In this document: one piece after another, positions 25,722 through 39,885 of the stretch | Layout: every line of letters begins with the position of its first letter | Numbering within the stretch: the stretch's first letter is position 1 | Source: Mytilus californianus | Taxonomy: Eukaryota | DNA: 64,000 bases | Direction of reading: 5' to 3' | Assembly: GCF_021869535.1 (NCBI RefSeq) | Contig: NW_026262734.1 | Span: 102,858,001 to 102,922,000, forward strand | Notes under the pieces: model-generated | Told to the model about the DNA's origin: nothing | The model's input: the letters and a program-made list of their open reading frames with translations, nothing else | The model's database searches: none | Program-made: the position numbers and the translations under genes

Positions 25722-27850
25722 CTATAATAAAAGAAAGTTATAACAAGTTTTAGATATCTGTGCTCACTTGTACATTAGAATGTACAATTTAGATAATGCA
25801 AAAGTACAAATAAATATTGTTATTGCAAAACTAATACACAAACCCTAGCATCAAAGGAGTTCAACGAATAATCAGACAACACTTCAAACCAGTACAATGG
25901 CACAGACAACAAATAATTCTGTTTTTGATTACGAGTTGCAAACTTTGTTTTATATTTCAATTTTAGGATATGCTACTCCTTATATGTCATTGAACGTAAA
26001 CGTAAATAAATCAGATAAAAGCTAGGAATGATATGGTCAACCACGAGTCCTTATTTTATAATGATGCATCTCCTTTGACGAAGCATATCACTGTATGAGG
26101 TAAGTGTAGTATTATTGAATGATTTTTCAAATGAGAATTTTTTAATATCATTCAAATTTAAATTTACGGTATTTAGTAGCAACCGTTTTAATAAATGTCA
26201 AAATTTGTGTTATTTTTACAATACTGACTTTTAATAGAACCTAAATAATCAAATATAGGAGGTATAAAAGACAAAGGTGGTATGAAATATTACTACAGTT
26301 TTTAGATTTAGACCTTGAAATGACTTTTAACCTAATATATTGAATCATGCCGATTTTCTGTTCTGTTTTATTATCTTAAAGTACAAAAGAAGATAGATAA
26401 CGCCTGAAAGGTTACCAATTTTACTGCAAAACCAATGTCTTCTTAATAATAACCAAGGCAAAGTTATAAAAAATTTAAAGTGGCCATCTGAATTTAATCC
26501 GGATTGAAAATTCTAACATTTTTTTACCTATAAATTAAATCCTTAAATTTGATAGTGCTAAACACAACTACCAAATAGCCTGGCATTCTGTAAGATCAAT
26601 ATATAATTGAGATAGCTGCAAAGTTTAATGAAAATCCAATTTATTTGAAAAAGTGATATACATGATTAAAGGTGACTATCGTAATTTAATCAGAACGGGA
26701 AATTCTACCTTTAATTTGAAAGCAATGAACCAGACTACAAAATAACCCATAAAATATAATAATACACAAGCAGTTTGAGAAAACTATTTGTACATAGTTG
26801 ATACGGATTTGGCGAAATAGCGAAAAGTAAATGTCAAAACTAACAACACTTTTTGGACCTATGCTTTTGATCTCAATATCCCTCAAATGATGTACAACCT
26901 TTTTTGAAAATCATACTTAGTCTGAATTGCTGACCTTTCAGAAGTTCCGAAGAAATATCACTTTAACTCAACTACAAAAACGGGATTGCTTTGTTCGAAA
27001 CTACGTGCGAAATTCAAAAGATGTGACAAAACCGTTAAAAAAATGTCGATATTTTTTACGTTTAAGTAGTAGTAGTGATAACAAGGACAAGATAACAAAC
27101 TGTTATAGAGAAATATCAGTAACCATATCTTTTTAACAACTTGCCAATACATTAGAGAGAAAAATAAAATTGACTGAACATGCTGAAGCAGACAAAATAA
27201 TTCAACATCAATCTTTCAGGAAATTTAAGTGTCTTTACACCCTGAAATTCACATTAAAAAAATAGTTCATTCTGGTTTTGAAAAAAATATTCGTGTCTAA
27301 CAAAATTTTATCTTACACTGATTTCATGTAGGTTTATGTACTAATTAATGTATAATAAGATAATATGCGATTTCAACTTCTTTTGAAATGTTTCCCAGCT
27401 TTAATTAATAAGTGGAAGAAGGACTGACAAAAATCTGAGTTGTTCTATAAGAATGAGCAGATCTTGCAACACACGTTTTTATAAACGGACAATTGTAGAA
27501 AGATTGTTATAAATCATGTCAGTACCGAAGTACTGACTACTGAGTTGATGATACCCTCGGGGACTAGTCCACCACCAGAGGTATCGACCCAGTGCTGTAA
27601 AAAACGAAAACAACACGTTATTTATTTAATGCGTCCGAAGCGCTTTTCCGGTAAAATATCATTTGAATGCATGCAGTGACGACATGTTCAATCAACAATT
27701 AAAAAATCTTTTTTAATATATGTTGCGGTTACTCAGGAGTGACAATAACAATCCGGCTCTGACAGAAAATCAATGAATGCTAATCAAATGACAGTATTTC
27801 TATTGCATCTAAGTTAAAGTGGTTCACTTACATCTCATATATGAAAGTAC

Positions 27851-27918
27851 AACATTTGCAAATATTTGTTTTAATTGGATCCTCGATAATTGTAATCAAC
27901 CTTTATTGGGATAGATGG
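27851..27918 (-). pseudogene. Decayed LRR pseudo-exon (HLSQ*RLITIIEDP..., shifted to NKYLQML)
   Basis: 68 nt, 4 short of 72, with a premature stop and a weak donor (gtactt). Paralog of 23416-23882. Confidence 0.45.
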
Positions 27919-29429
27919 CTGGTATTCCAATTACAAAGGAGTAGTAAAAACCAGGTTTTTTGAGGAACAAAATGTTCTAAAATAAATGTTTGGTTTAGTG
28001 TTGTGGGATTAAAAGACCATATTAATTCTTCGATTTCATGTACGTAATATCTTATCAAAATTCTGGAAAAATGAACTACAGCACAAATAAGACACACAAA
28101 ATAAATTTGCAGAAGAAATAATATAATTGAAGATATCTGTAACAGCTTTTATTGAATTTGTAAGAGCCCAATTGTGGGTTTACGACTTTAAATATATAAT
28201 AATTTAAATTGAATGCTTTTGGTAAAATCGTTATTGTTAAGACATAACTCTTTACAGCTGACTGACATGTGGTCAAAATAAACTAAAATTACATAAGGAT
28301 ATAACAAATAATATGCCCCTACCCCCAAAAAAGATTGTTGCATGAGGAGAATTAAAAAAAGTAACAAAGCAAAACTGCCATAATTAATATAAGTATTTAA
28401 CTGTATTGAAAATCTAGATTGCACAGTCTTGTCTTATTTTAGTCCGTTTACAAACAATATGATGAAGAAGTAGTTTATTCATTAAAAAAATGTCATTGCA
28501 ACATCATCACCAAGTCATGATTTATTTTTGTTTTTCAAAAATGGCGTACTGTTTTATGAATTCAATAAAATTAACAACCTTAATTTGAAAAATATTTAAC
28601 CTAAAACAATTACTTTGAAAAACAATCAGCTCCTATACATGTACGTGGCTTATAGGTTGCATTTCTGTAAATATCAACAATGCAATTTCCCATAGGAACT
28701 CCTTTCACGGATAAAACTGTACCACTTTTAATAAGAAGTTTTGAAAAAAAATATATCCTAGAATGGAAAGTTCATATGCACTACTATTTTTTTCAAATGT
28801 CAAAATATAGGGCTGTGCGGCATATTTTCAACGTTTATATGCCCCGAACTTCTAAGAGTTTAAACTTACATTAAATTTCTATAGTACCCCAACCTTGACT
28901 TTAGGATTTCCACAGACTTCAACTTGATCACTATGAATATGTATATTTACTGGTAACATTCCCAAGTTATGTCTCTATGAGATAAAATATAGAAATCATA
29001 TCCGGGAACCAGTGCGTAAACAAAATTAATTGTCTATGAATATTATATATCTCTCCAAAAGAGGCGTGGTTTGAAAAACAGCTGTATTTACAAAGTGAAA
29101 CCTTATTAATAGGTATGTTAGGCGCGAATTTCATTTGCATAAAACTGCTTAGTAGATGAAAAAAACACTTGAGAGATGTACCTCCTTCGAAAAGATTGTC
29201 TGGGTTAACGTCAGATTGTTTTCAAATGTTTTGCTATAAGTTCTTAAAATGCAGGAATTATTATGAGCAGAAGCAACTTCGGAACATGAAGGTGATATTG
29301 TTTGATACAATGCATATGTAAATTCCATTTGAAAAGGGAAAACTACAATGTCCTAACAATACCTTATCCAATATGTAATAAAAGTTAATGTCTCTAAAAT
29401 AAAATAAACAAACTAATACAATCCAGTAT

Positions 29430-30590
29430 GATTATTTTTGGTGACATATATGAACTGCTCCAAGAAACCTCTTTCAAAATTATTCACATCAAGTTTATCA
29501 TTAAAGCTGGGCTTCAACATTATTTTGAAACTACCTAATCTAGACATGCTAGAGGCGGCGTGAACCACATGTGGATGTTTAAATTTTTTTTGAGTATTTA
29601 CCATCTAAGACTCTTTCAATCTGCAATTGTATCAAAACACTTGACTGTTTTACCCTTTACACATGTTTTACCTATTCCAAACAAAAAGATAAATTGAAAG
29701 AATGGGTTCTGCTTTGTGTCATAAAAACAAGTTTGGCCAACGTAGATACAAGTATCTTGTCTAGGGGAGGAATACATCTTACTTTGTATAAAAGTCACTC
29801 TGATTCAAAACAACAAAGCCGCTGATATTGACATTATCAAGATCCTTTATTTCTTGATTGACAACATATTTGCTACGTTTTAAAGATGTCATCTTCAACA
29901 AACAATCGGCATTCCTTCGAAAACCAACTGTTCTCCTCATCTTGATAATTTACTCCTTAATTGATATGAGACTGACTTCATACAGGAGCGTCTTGGGAAG
30001 AACGACAAGAAGCAAGCATTATCCTTAAACTCACTTGCCGCTATATAGATAATGTATTATTATCAAACAAATTAAACTATGGTTACTTTCTTCAACGCAT
30101 TTATCACATTGAACTCGAAAAAAGGATAAACACACACAGAGGTAATTCTGTTTCATATTTTCAATGAAGGCCGGTTGAGATCAAATATTTATAATAAAAA
30201 TAATGATTTCAGCTTTCCAATTGTGAACGTTCCATTTTCTGTAGCAACATACCAGAATCATTTGCAAATGAAATATATAACTTCCAAGATGTTATATGAA
30301 GATGAAATAATCCCTTCGCAACTTTAAAGGACGCCATCACGAGTTTGTGTATTCTTATGGAATATATGTTTCATAGTTGCCGACTTTTATGTTCCGATTA
30401 TCGTAACAAAAATCAATTTGTCTTTTCCCCGAATGTGGTCCATCGAATTAGACTTATCACCGGGATTGTACTTATATGAGAAAAATGACGTTGCTTTGTT
30501 GGGGTTTTTGATACTGGCGTTGTGAGTTTATTTTCGACTTTTGAGTTTGAATGTCCATTTAGTATCTTTCGCCCCACTTTTATTATACAT
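29430..30590 (+). mobile_element. Degenerate Naiad-type Penelope-like RT fragment and 3' end (paralog of 24560-25445)
   Basis: FLIDNIFATF, QTIGIP and GRHHE-like segments, followed by the family 3' tail. Confidence 0.7.
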
Positions 30591-31064
30591 GAGGACATGA
30601 GGACACTGATGTTCGTTCTGCAATCAAAAGACTAAAATGTTCATAAACAACGTCAATTTTCGTTCTTTATCTGCAACAATGAGGATCAAAACGTTGGGGA
30701 GGAACTACAGATAAATTTATTTAATGATTAATTCAAAAAATTTTAAACCTTGTTAGAAGGAATGTCCTTTCTAGCCTACGCGCGAAAACACACAGCATCC
30801 AACATTTTTGGGAAAAGCACGAGAAGCTTTCTAATGTAAAGTAAAAGCTAAATGTTCAAGGATCATCAATACAAATAAGTGTCATAGATGATCGTCTTTA
30901 TTTTGTAATGCCAAAAGAACTGCATTTGTTTCAACCATTCACTCAAATGTTTGGGAAAATGAAACATTTAGAAGACAAAATAGAAAAATAATACACTAAC
31001 TTTGGTTTTAAAAAGTAAATGCACATGCATTATTGTGCTCGATTACTTTGTTAGAAATACTTAC

Positions 31065-31136
31065 AGTTTTTGTAAATTCAAGTTGTTAGCGAAAATATTC
31101 CGCGGTAAACTATCTATATTGTTCAAATCGAGATGA
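31065..31136 (-). CDS. LRR exon 6: HLDLNNIDSLPRNIFANNLNLQKL
   Basis: 72 nt, tttttatattttgtag|T...CT|gtaagt, phase 2/2, no stop. Confidence 0.9.
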
Positions 31137-31491
31137 CTACAAAATATAAAAATTATAAAAGTTAAAAAGATATCTAGGCTCACTTGTACATGAAAATGTA
31201 CAAAAAAAATAACGCAAAAGTACAAATGAAAATTGTTATTGCATAACTAATACACAAACCCTAGCACAGAAAACAAATAATTCTGTTTTTGCTCACGAAA
31301 TGCCAATTTTTTTTTATATTTCAAATTTAGGATGTGCTACTCCTTTTAAGACATTGAACGTAAACGTAAATAAATCCAACCAAAAAAAGCTACGAATTAT
31401 ATAGTCACACATGAGACTTTATTTCATTATAATGCACCTCCTTTATTATATCTTGACAAAATGAAGCACTATATGAGGTAAAGGTAGTTTA

Positions 31492-32010
31492 GTAAAATAA
31501 GGATTTTTTCGTGCAACGTTTTCGGCCTTTTTATTTCACGTGTTTTCGTGTTTTGACGTTTTATTTTTCGTTTTCTCGTGTTTGGTTCAATGTGCGTGCT
31601 TCGTGTTTCCCCTTATTTATTTTCCGTGTTTCGTGTCGGTACTCTTAATGTCTTGTTCTTGTCCCGCAATTATTAGAAAAGTCAACAGGGACTAATTCAA
31701 AGTCAGCCCGGATATTGTATATGTATGGCATGTAATAAAATCCATCACATTACAATGAATAATATTTTTTTTTTCAAATCAGATACAACTAGCGGACGCT
31801 AAAAGGTGACCACAAGGTCTTCATGTCCGTTAACAATGATTGCATGATCTCCAAGAACGGCTGGGTAATAACTTCTATTACCTTTTCCCTTATTATTTAC
31901 GATTTTATTTCTGGTGCTTCGTGTTAGCCGATCTTTATTTTTCGTGCAACGTTTTTGCGATTTTTATTTCACGTGTTTCCGTGTTTAGACCCCCCTTTAC
32001 CACCCTCTGA
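31492..32010. mobile_element. MITE-like insertion with GTGTTT(T/C)CGTG repeats
   Basis: Absent from paralog A near 26110. Ends CCCCCCTTTACCACCCTC. Confidence 0.55.
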
Positions 32011-32753
32011 AATGATTTTTAAAAGGTAACATATTTGATTTTACTAAAATTAATTCACGGTATTTAGTAGCAACCGTTGTAATAAATCGATAAATTGTGT
32101 TCTCCTTACAAAATTGACTTAAATAGAACCTGAATAATCACAAATAGGAGCTATAAAATACAAAGGTGGTTTGAAATATTACTATAGTTATTAGATCTAG
32201 AACTTAAAATGTCTATTAACCTAATATTAAATCATTTCGCTTTTGTTTTTTCTTGTTTCATCTTACATGTGTATTCACCTCATGGAATTATCATTGGTTT
32301 AACAGCATAGAAATAGGAGTAAAAGAAAATAAATAGTTCCAAGTTTACTGTATGTAGTCCCGTTTTCAACGAATTTGTCATAAGAAAATAATTTTGATTG
32401 ATGTTTTCCAAATATAGAAAATATTGTTTTTGGTATTGTAACATTCAATACTGTAAACATATCTAGTGAATTATTTTGAAACTTATCATCTTTAACATGT
32501 GAGTGAAATATTAGTGACTTAACTTAGATACGAAAAGCATGTTTTTCAATAATTCATGACAAAAAGAGAAGTATAATTCAAACTAACCATTCTTAATATA
32601 ATTGAGATCAATAAATAATTATTATTTAACATATTCCAGTTAGAGGTGGCGTGAATCAGATGTTGATACTAAGAAAATCCAAAGAGTACATACAATCGAA
32701 GAATCTTTAATTTTACAATAGTTTTTCAGCTCTTTTCATAATGCTAGCAAGAC

Positions 32754-33018
32754 AAAGGTTTGTTTGACTTGCTTGCTTTGTTTGTATAAATGTTTGCTCA
32801 AGCATTGTAATTAAGATTGACATCTGCAAACAATATAAGTAGGCGGAGTTAAACATGTGTATAGGTAAATTTGATTATTTGATAATGTTCAATCAAATTT
32901 AAATATAATGTACACAAGTTTAATTCCGCCTTGTTATGTTGTTTTCAGATGTCAATCTTATTTACAATACTTGAGCAAACATTGATACAAACAAAGCAAA
33001 CAAGCCAAACAAACCTTT
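32754..33018. repeat. About 265-bp foldback hairpin
   Basis: Arms of about 110 bp (AAAGGTTTGTTTGACTTG... / ...CAAGCCAAACAAACCTTT) plus an inner AAATTTGATT/AATCAAATTT pair. Confidence 0.85.
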
Positions 33019-33218
33019 TTTTTTTAAACAAAACGCATTTGACTAACAAGTCGAACAACAGATGATCTTAAACCCTGTCGACTGCTAATGACAATTGCCA
33101 AATAAATTGATCACCAGGTGTAACAAAATGGATCCTAAATATAAATTTAATATCAAACAGAAAACAATAAACTTGTGGTAAAGATGGCATACCGCAAACA
33201 TGAGGTGCAAAATTTTGT

Positions 33219-33262
33219 ACACCATATCCGGATTTCGACAATTAATGTCTCTTCAGTAATGT
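33219..33262 (-). ncRNA. Type I minimal hammerhead ribozyme with intact core, in a repeat at about 33205-33530
   Basis: ACAUUA CUGAAGA GAC-auuaauu-GUC GAAA U-CCGG-A UA UGGUGU. Stem I closes by WC and wobble pairs, stem III is palindromic, and the cleavage triplet is AUA. Confidence 0.75.
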
Positions 33263-34079
33263 TAGGGATCGAAACAGTATTTGGAAGGCCATTTAATTTA
33301 CCTCAATTTAGGATAGACTCTTGAATTTTGAAAAGTCGAACTAGGATGAACGGATCATATAAACCCGAAGGAAAATATACCAACCAGCAACTTTCATATG
33401 TACCGGATCGTCTGAAACAGACGGTAATGCGCAGATAAGGAAAATATTTATAGGAGAGTAATTATATATATACGTTCCATTCGTTGAGGACCGTTTTAAA
33501 TTTACCTTTGAGTTTGGTATTTTTATCATACTTTTTTTTAATAATAATCTTAAAAAAAAAAAAAAAATGAATCAATATTCAACTCAGACCTTGCTGTACT
33601 TTAAGCTTTCCTGGTGTAATGTCGTAAATTCAAGGGAGGTGTCCGTTGTTATTCTGCGTTTACATGTTGTAATGTACTTTAATATTATTCATTCATGCAT
33701 TTCTCTGATCTGACTGTTCTTGTGTTTGTTTGTACTGTATTTCTGTCACAAAGTGTTGTCATTTTAGTGGTATAGTTAACTTTGCCATATATGCGGGAAG
33801 TTTATTTAGCTCTAAAACCAGGTTCAATCCACTATTGTTTTTATAGTCAAGTACCAAGTCAGGACTATGGCAGATGTTATCAAATAGTCCGTTTCTATGA
33901 ATGTTGGTATTTGTTTTTTGTCGCAGTTCAGTGCTTTTGTTGTTCCGTTGATTTACTTAGTTGATATGTTTCCCTCAGTTTTAGTTTTAACCTGGATTTG
34001 TTTTAGAAGGGTGCCCAGTCAACGAATTTGGTCGAGTTGGGTAAACAGAATAACACACGGCTGTATTTGGTATTATTGG

Positions 34080-34545
34080 GAAAAGGAGAACAAGCCTCAT
34101 CAAAATATTACGGAAGCCCATTTAAGACCTCCTAAAATATCATTAGAATTCGAAATCACGCATATAATGCGTTATAACAGATGAAATTTATGATAACGAA
34201 TTGGTGGGAATCGTTATAACAGATTTTGTAATTCGTTATTACGAATTAAAATCGTTATCACATCTTTTGTAATTTGTGATAACGAATTCAAAGCGTTATA
34301 ACGAATTGTTTAATTGGTTATAACGGATTATATTCATGATAAGGAATTTGTGGAATTAGTTATAACAGTTTTTTTGCAATTTGTGATTTTAGATTAAAAT
34401 TATTATCACAGATTCGTAGCTCACCTGACCCTCAGGGTTAAGCGTGCCTTTCGTCTCACTTTGCGGCCGTCGCTGTTCATTAACTTTTTCGAAAATCTTC
34501 TTCACTAAACCTTTTAGCCAAAGTGAAACAAACTTGACTACAAGC
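34080..34545. repeat. Left arm of an inverted duplication (right arm 36125-36250 plus 42205-42560, split by the LINE)
   Basis: A GTTATAAC/GTGATAAC-rich block plus HINE 5' end, mirrored on the other side. The junction CACAGATTCGTAGCTCACCTGACCC is reconstituted when the LINE is removed. Confidence 0.75.
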
Positions 34546-37500
34546 AACTAAATTTTAACGAATTTTGTTTGAAAAATTAGCAAAAGATATGTTTTTTTGT
34601 TTTTTGTTTTTGTAAATGGGCGCTAAATGGGCACACATCAAGAACGGCCGACTAAATGTAGAGAACAGAAACGACAGATTTAGCACTAAGTCTTTGTCCA
34701 TTTGTAAAGGGTCATAACTCAAGAACGGTAAAAGTGACGCCATTTAATTTCAAATTTGATCTGTGTTTTGTGTGTTTAAGTGAAATTTATAACATTTGGT
34801 TGAGGTACTAAAGTTAGTGAACGGAAATCAGTTTTGGGAACGTACTCGACGGACGGACTGGATTGACGGACAAGGGCTAGACTTAATGCCACCGTCGCCT
34901 AGTGGTGGGGCATACAAAATGTGTTTAATACTCATATAATTCATATTCGCGATTTCCTTCGTGTGTATCGCCCGTGAATATATTTTACACAGAGGCAACA
35001 GAAGTAGTTTTGCCAACATGGTTATTTGAAGTGTAAAACCTAAGAATCTAACAGACCAATCATATTCAAGTATTTGTTGATATGCTTATAATTTAAGAAT
35101 TGTTTGATAATGACGAAAACTTAATAGGAGTGCATGGAATTAATAAAAACCAAACAAACAGATATAAAGAATAAGAACATAGAATATAATGTGCAAAAGT
35201 ATACAAGGTTAGCCTGGAGTGAAGTGAAGTGAGAGAAATAAATTAGGGTATCTACTATACAGAATGTGTGCAATGAGCCCGCCTGCGGAACAACCTGGCC
35301 AACATGGCCAAAAATAGAACATACAGGTAAAAGGGGTCAATTGCCGCTTTCAATCATATGGAATTATGTGTAGATGTTTGCTTTCTCGATCATTTTCGCT
35401 ATTATAATTGATTGAAAGATTCTCTCTATCTATTATAATTTTCAAAATAATAGACAAAACACAAAATAAAAAAAAAAAGACGTCAATAAAGGAAAATTAT
35501 TCCTATAAATAGTCATCTTACAATTTTGATGTAAATGGACAGTAGGTAAATCTTGTGATTCTAAACAATTCTCTTTCTATAGCAGTTTTCAAGATTAAAG
35601 AAAGAAAAAAACTTGCATTTTACCCTTGTTTTCTAATTTAAGCCATGTCGGCCATGTTGTTTAGCAGGCGGGTTCATTGCACACAATCTTCAAACATGAT
35701 TTATTTCTCTCACTTTGCTTCACTCCAGACTAGCCTTATCTACTTGTGCACTTTTATTCTATTTGCATCCTCTTTATATCTTGTGTTTGTTAAATTACAT
35801 GCACATGCTATACACACTAATGATATTCACAGCTCTAAAAATACTTTAAATTAAAAATAAAAGGAATAAAAATATATCGGTCAATAAATATGAGGATTAA
35901 AAGACATATTTTTTTTTCTAGAGAGTTTTGGGTGGATAAACTAAGTCGCCGGCTAATAAACTTACATATCAGTTTGTGAGTTAACCCACCGTTTACACGA
36001 AAAAATCTACTAGGTATAGTGTTTTTGTGTTTATTTTTGTACATTGAGAAGACGTCACTAATAATGTTTTAGTTTGTGTCCAATCCCTTTTGTTCATTTT
36101 GCAATAAAATGCGTTAAAACTAAATTGATTGTAGTCAAGTTTGTTTCACTTTGGCCAAAAGGTTTCAGTGAAGAAGATTTTTGTACAGCGACGGGCGCAA
36201 AGTGAAGAGAAGAGCTCACTTAATCTTGTGGGTCAGGTTAGCTAATACGAATTATGTCCCCCTGGACTGTATGGACATGTCTGTTCGGCATCTCTAAAAA
36301 ATGATATTTAAGATGTCTCCAGTGATGGTTGGTCGCTCTATTATGGTCAGTGTGTGGTAAACTTGTTTACAAATATAATGGAACATAAAAGAAGGCTAAC
36401 AAAGCCGCAACCAAAAAAAAAACATGTTCAGAGTAAAACTGATTTTGCTGCGTTTGATTTCTCCGCCATTTTTAGTATGTCACAAACAATAACAAACTCA
36501 TCTGGTGCTAATGTAATGCCATCGGTCAATTTTTCATCATCACAGGACACAAATTCATTTAGTATTATGTCTCAGCATTATCCTTTACAGGAAGCATTGC
36601 ATACTTGAATGACTTTGTACCCCCCCCCCCCCCCCCCCCCCCCTTTCCTCCTACATCGCTCAGCAGTCCACCCCCATGGATGTCCGACCTGATAAATAAC
36701 ATAGTTAATTTTACATTGAAAATGAAATCGATTGATGAAATAAAGTCATCAGTTTTAAGCATTGAATCTAAGTTGACAAAAGTGGGATCAGTTGTTGATG
36801 GTCTTGTGAAACGAGTTGAGGACGTTGAAAATAGTCAGCAGTTTATATCTGCATGGTTCGAACAAAAATAAATCTGACATGGCTGTCATTGCCGATGATA
36901 TAACTTCATTACGTGTTGTTAACAGGAGTATGGCTGATCAGCTTGAACAACTACAATGTGAAAATTTGAGAGACAATTTGATGTTTTGATGGTATCGAGG
37001 AGGAGGAGGGCGAAGACTCTATTGATAGCATTAAAAACATACATTGTCATTTATTATAAAATCATTTACTAAAACATATGTGCTTCATATTTGGTAATTT
37101 GAGAACCGATTGAAATAGCATCTGCCTTTGGGATAGGAAAACAATTCATCAGCAAGTCGAATCGGAATATGCGTAAGCCGCGGCCCATAATTGTAAAATT
37201 TATAAAACGTCAACACTCTCGAAAATTAAAATAGTCAACCGTTTCAATTTTGGAACACTTTCCGAAAGCTATACACAAAAAACGCAAACTATTATTTCCT
37301 GTGTATAAAAAAGCAAAAGAGGCAGGTAAAAGAGTTTAATTTAATAAAGATAAACTTTTTTATTGATGGTGAGCAGACTGTGGTTAAATCAAATGAATTA
37401 GGCAAAATAACACGTCGTGATCAGACAGTTGATAGAATGTCGGATACATCGTCGGGTCCAGGGTTTTCAGTGGCCTAAAACACACGGAGCGTTTCAAGTA

Positions 37501-38779
37501 CAACACCTAGTAAATATTCAGTGAGTTTTGGGTCGTCTAGTGGATCCCGATTTGAAGTGTTAGCAGATATACACACGGGTCTAGATTAGGACACATCTAG
37601 AAGCATCTCCTTTATCAACTTTTTGTATTGGAACATTAATGGTGGTTTACATGATAAACTCAATGAGCCAAATTTCTTATTTTACTATAAAACATATGAT
37701 ATTGTTATTTAGTCTGAGTGTTGGATTGATAAGTCATTTGATGATATTGTAGATGGTTATATTTGTAAGCCAGTCCCATTACTAAGAAGTTAATATAAAC
37801 AAGGCGGTGGACTACATTTGTTAATAAAAACTGCTCTGCAAAGTATGTTGAAGTAGTTGACATTCAGAACGATACAATTATATGGCTTAAGATGTTAAAG
37901 GATATATAAACTTGTGGGTTTGATTATTTTATTAGATGTGTATATTTACCTCCTGCTTATTCAAACTATTACAAAATGTATAATTGTGATTTATTTCATG
38001 ATTTGTTAACTTCTGTTGAAAAATATTCATCAGATACTACAAAGGCAGTTTAACTAGGTAACATGAATGCAAGAACTGCTATAATAGTAAATGATTTTAT
38101 AATAAATGACAATGTATGTGGCCCAAATTTTATAGTTTTAACCATATATTTGGGTATTTAAGTGACACACATTTACCAGTAAGACGAAATCCAGATCAAA
38201 ATACTAATGAATTCGGGTTTAAATGATTAAATCTGTGTAGAAGCACTGGTCTACGTATACTGAACAGTCGGCATAATGATGGCTAAGCTAATGACTACAC
38301 ATTTTGTGGTTTCCGGGTAATGAGTTTTGTGGACTACTTATTGGTTCCATATGACTTTTTACACATTATAGACCAGTTTATTGTTTGTAACTTCACTTCT
38401 TTCAGTGACCACGCACCTTTACATGTTCGTTTGCGGTGGATATTGCACGAATAACAAGAGCCGAGCGTAACTGTGGTAGATCAAACAATTCATATAGCAG
38501 TTACCGATGGAAGGAAGAGCTAAAAGATCAGTGTTAGGAGTCTTTAACTTTAAACAGTGGTTCATTTAGCCAGATAGTATTTTCTGATATTGAAAAATCA
38601 CAAGATAGTATTGACAATTATGTTGAATCGTTTACTTCCAATTTGATTGAAATTATCTCCCCATTCTTTTTTAACTCACATAATATCATATAATACATGT
38701 GATCGTACCCGTAGTAACACGACCCGATATAAAGAAGACAAACCATTGTTTAACTACTAGTGCAAAAGACTTCGATTTA

Positions 38780-38950
38780 TCTATCAGTTTTTGGTGGGGT
38801 TCGATCGTGTTGCTTAGTCTTTAGTTCTCTATATTGTGTTTTATGTACTTATATTTGTCTGTTTGTTTTTTTCTCTTTTTAGCCATGGCGTTGTCAGTTT
38901 ATTTTCGATCTATGAGTTTGACCGTTCCTACGGTATCTTTCGCCCCTCTT
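38780..38950 (+). mobile_element. Naiad-type 3' tail inserted in the LINE
   Basis: TTTTGGTGGGGTTCG...GGTATCTTTCGCCCCTCTT, identical in type to 39725-39885. Confidence 0.75.
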
Positions 38951-39329
38951 CTATAAAAGTTCTTTGTATATTTTTAATAGAGACAAAAATGTTGAAAACA
39001 TCAAATATTAGTTATGTCTGAACAGTCTGACAGTACAAGCGTATAGAAAATAAACCAAAAAGAAACTATAAGCGTCAATAGGGTGATATGATAGCTGCAT
39101 TGCATAAAAGCGACCCACAAAAATATTATGGACTGTTTCAAAAGAAGAGAGCCAAAACTTGTGATGTGTCACTTTCAGAATTCTTCGGGCATTTAAGAAA
39201 TTTGGTCACAAATGATGGTATTAATGAAACAGTCGATAGTCCAGAGACCGTTTCCGAAACAACATATATGCACAAGATGAAATTCTGAAGTGCATTTCTA
39301 ACTTTAAACGTGGTAAAAGTCATAATACT

Positions 39330-39885
39330 GATGGTACATTCCAGCAGCGCCTGCATACGGAGTATATATCTCCCAAGTGATACGATATGCCCGGGCTTGT
39401 ATTTCCTATCATGATTTCCTTGATAGAGGATTGCTGCTCACAAAGAAGCTATTAAACCAAGAGTTACAAATGGTGAAGTTGAAATCATCCCTTCGTAAAT
39501 TTTACGGACGCCATCACGAGTTGGTTGACCGTTATGGAATAACCGTTTCACAGATGATATCGGATATGTTCCTTATGTCGTAACTACAATACCCTTCCCT
39601 TTTCATGAATGTGACCTACCGAATTAGACTATTTACCGGATTTGTAATAACATAAGCAACACGACGGGTGCTACATGTGGAGCAGGATCTGCTTACCCTA
39701 CCGGAGCACCCGAGATCACCCCAAGTTTTTGGTGGGGTTCGTGTTGCTTAGTCTTTATTTTTCTATGTTGTGTAATCTGTACTATTATTTGTCTGTTTGT
39801 CTTTTTTTTTTGGCCATGGCATTGTCGGTTTGTTTTCGATCTCTGAGTTTGACTGTCCCTCTGGTATCTTTCGTCCCTTTTCTTT
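39330..39885 (+). mobile_element. 5'-truncated Naiad-type Penelope-like element (RT thumb and 3' end) inserted in LINE ORF2
   Basis: IPAAPAYGVYISQVIRYARACISYHDFLDRGLLLTKKLLNQELQMVKLKSSLRKFYGRHHELVDRYGI. Confidence 0.8.

Larger units (their letters stand above)
22221..32240. repeat. Old tandem segmental duplication: unit A about 22221-26370, unit B about 26780-32240
   Basis: Colinear blocks such as 22221/26782, 23190/27675, 23900/27950, 24440/29350, 25610/31040 and 26130/32025. Each unit carries one intact LRR exon. Confidence 0.85.

Noticed and set aside
26380-27290. Possible decayed plus-strand ORF shared with 22221-22660
   Set aside because: Many stops and frameshifts and no recognisable motif. 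The conservation is explained by the A/B duplication.
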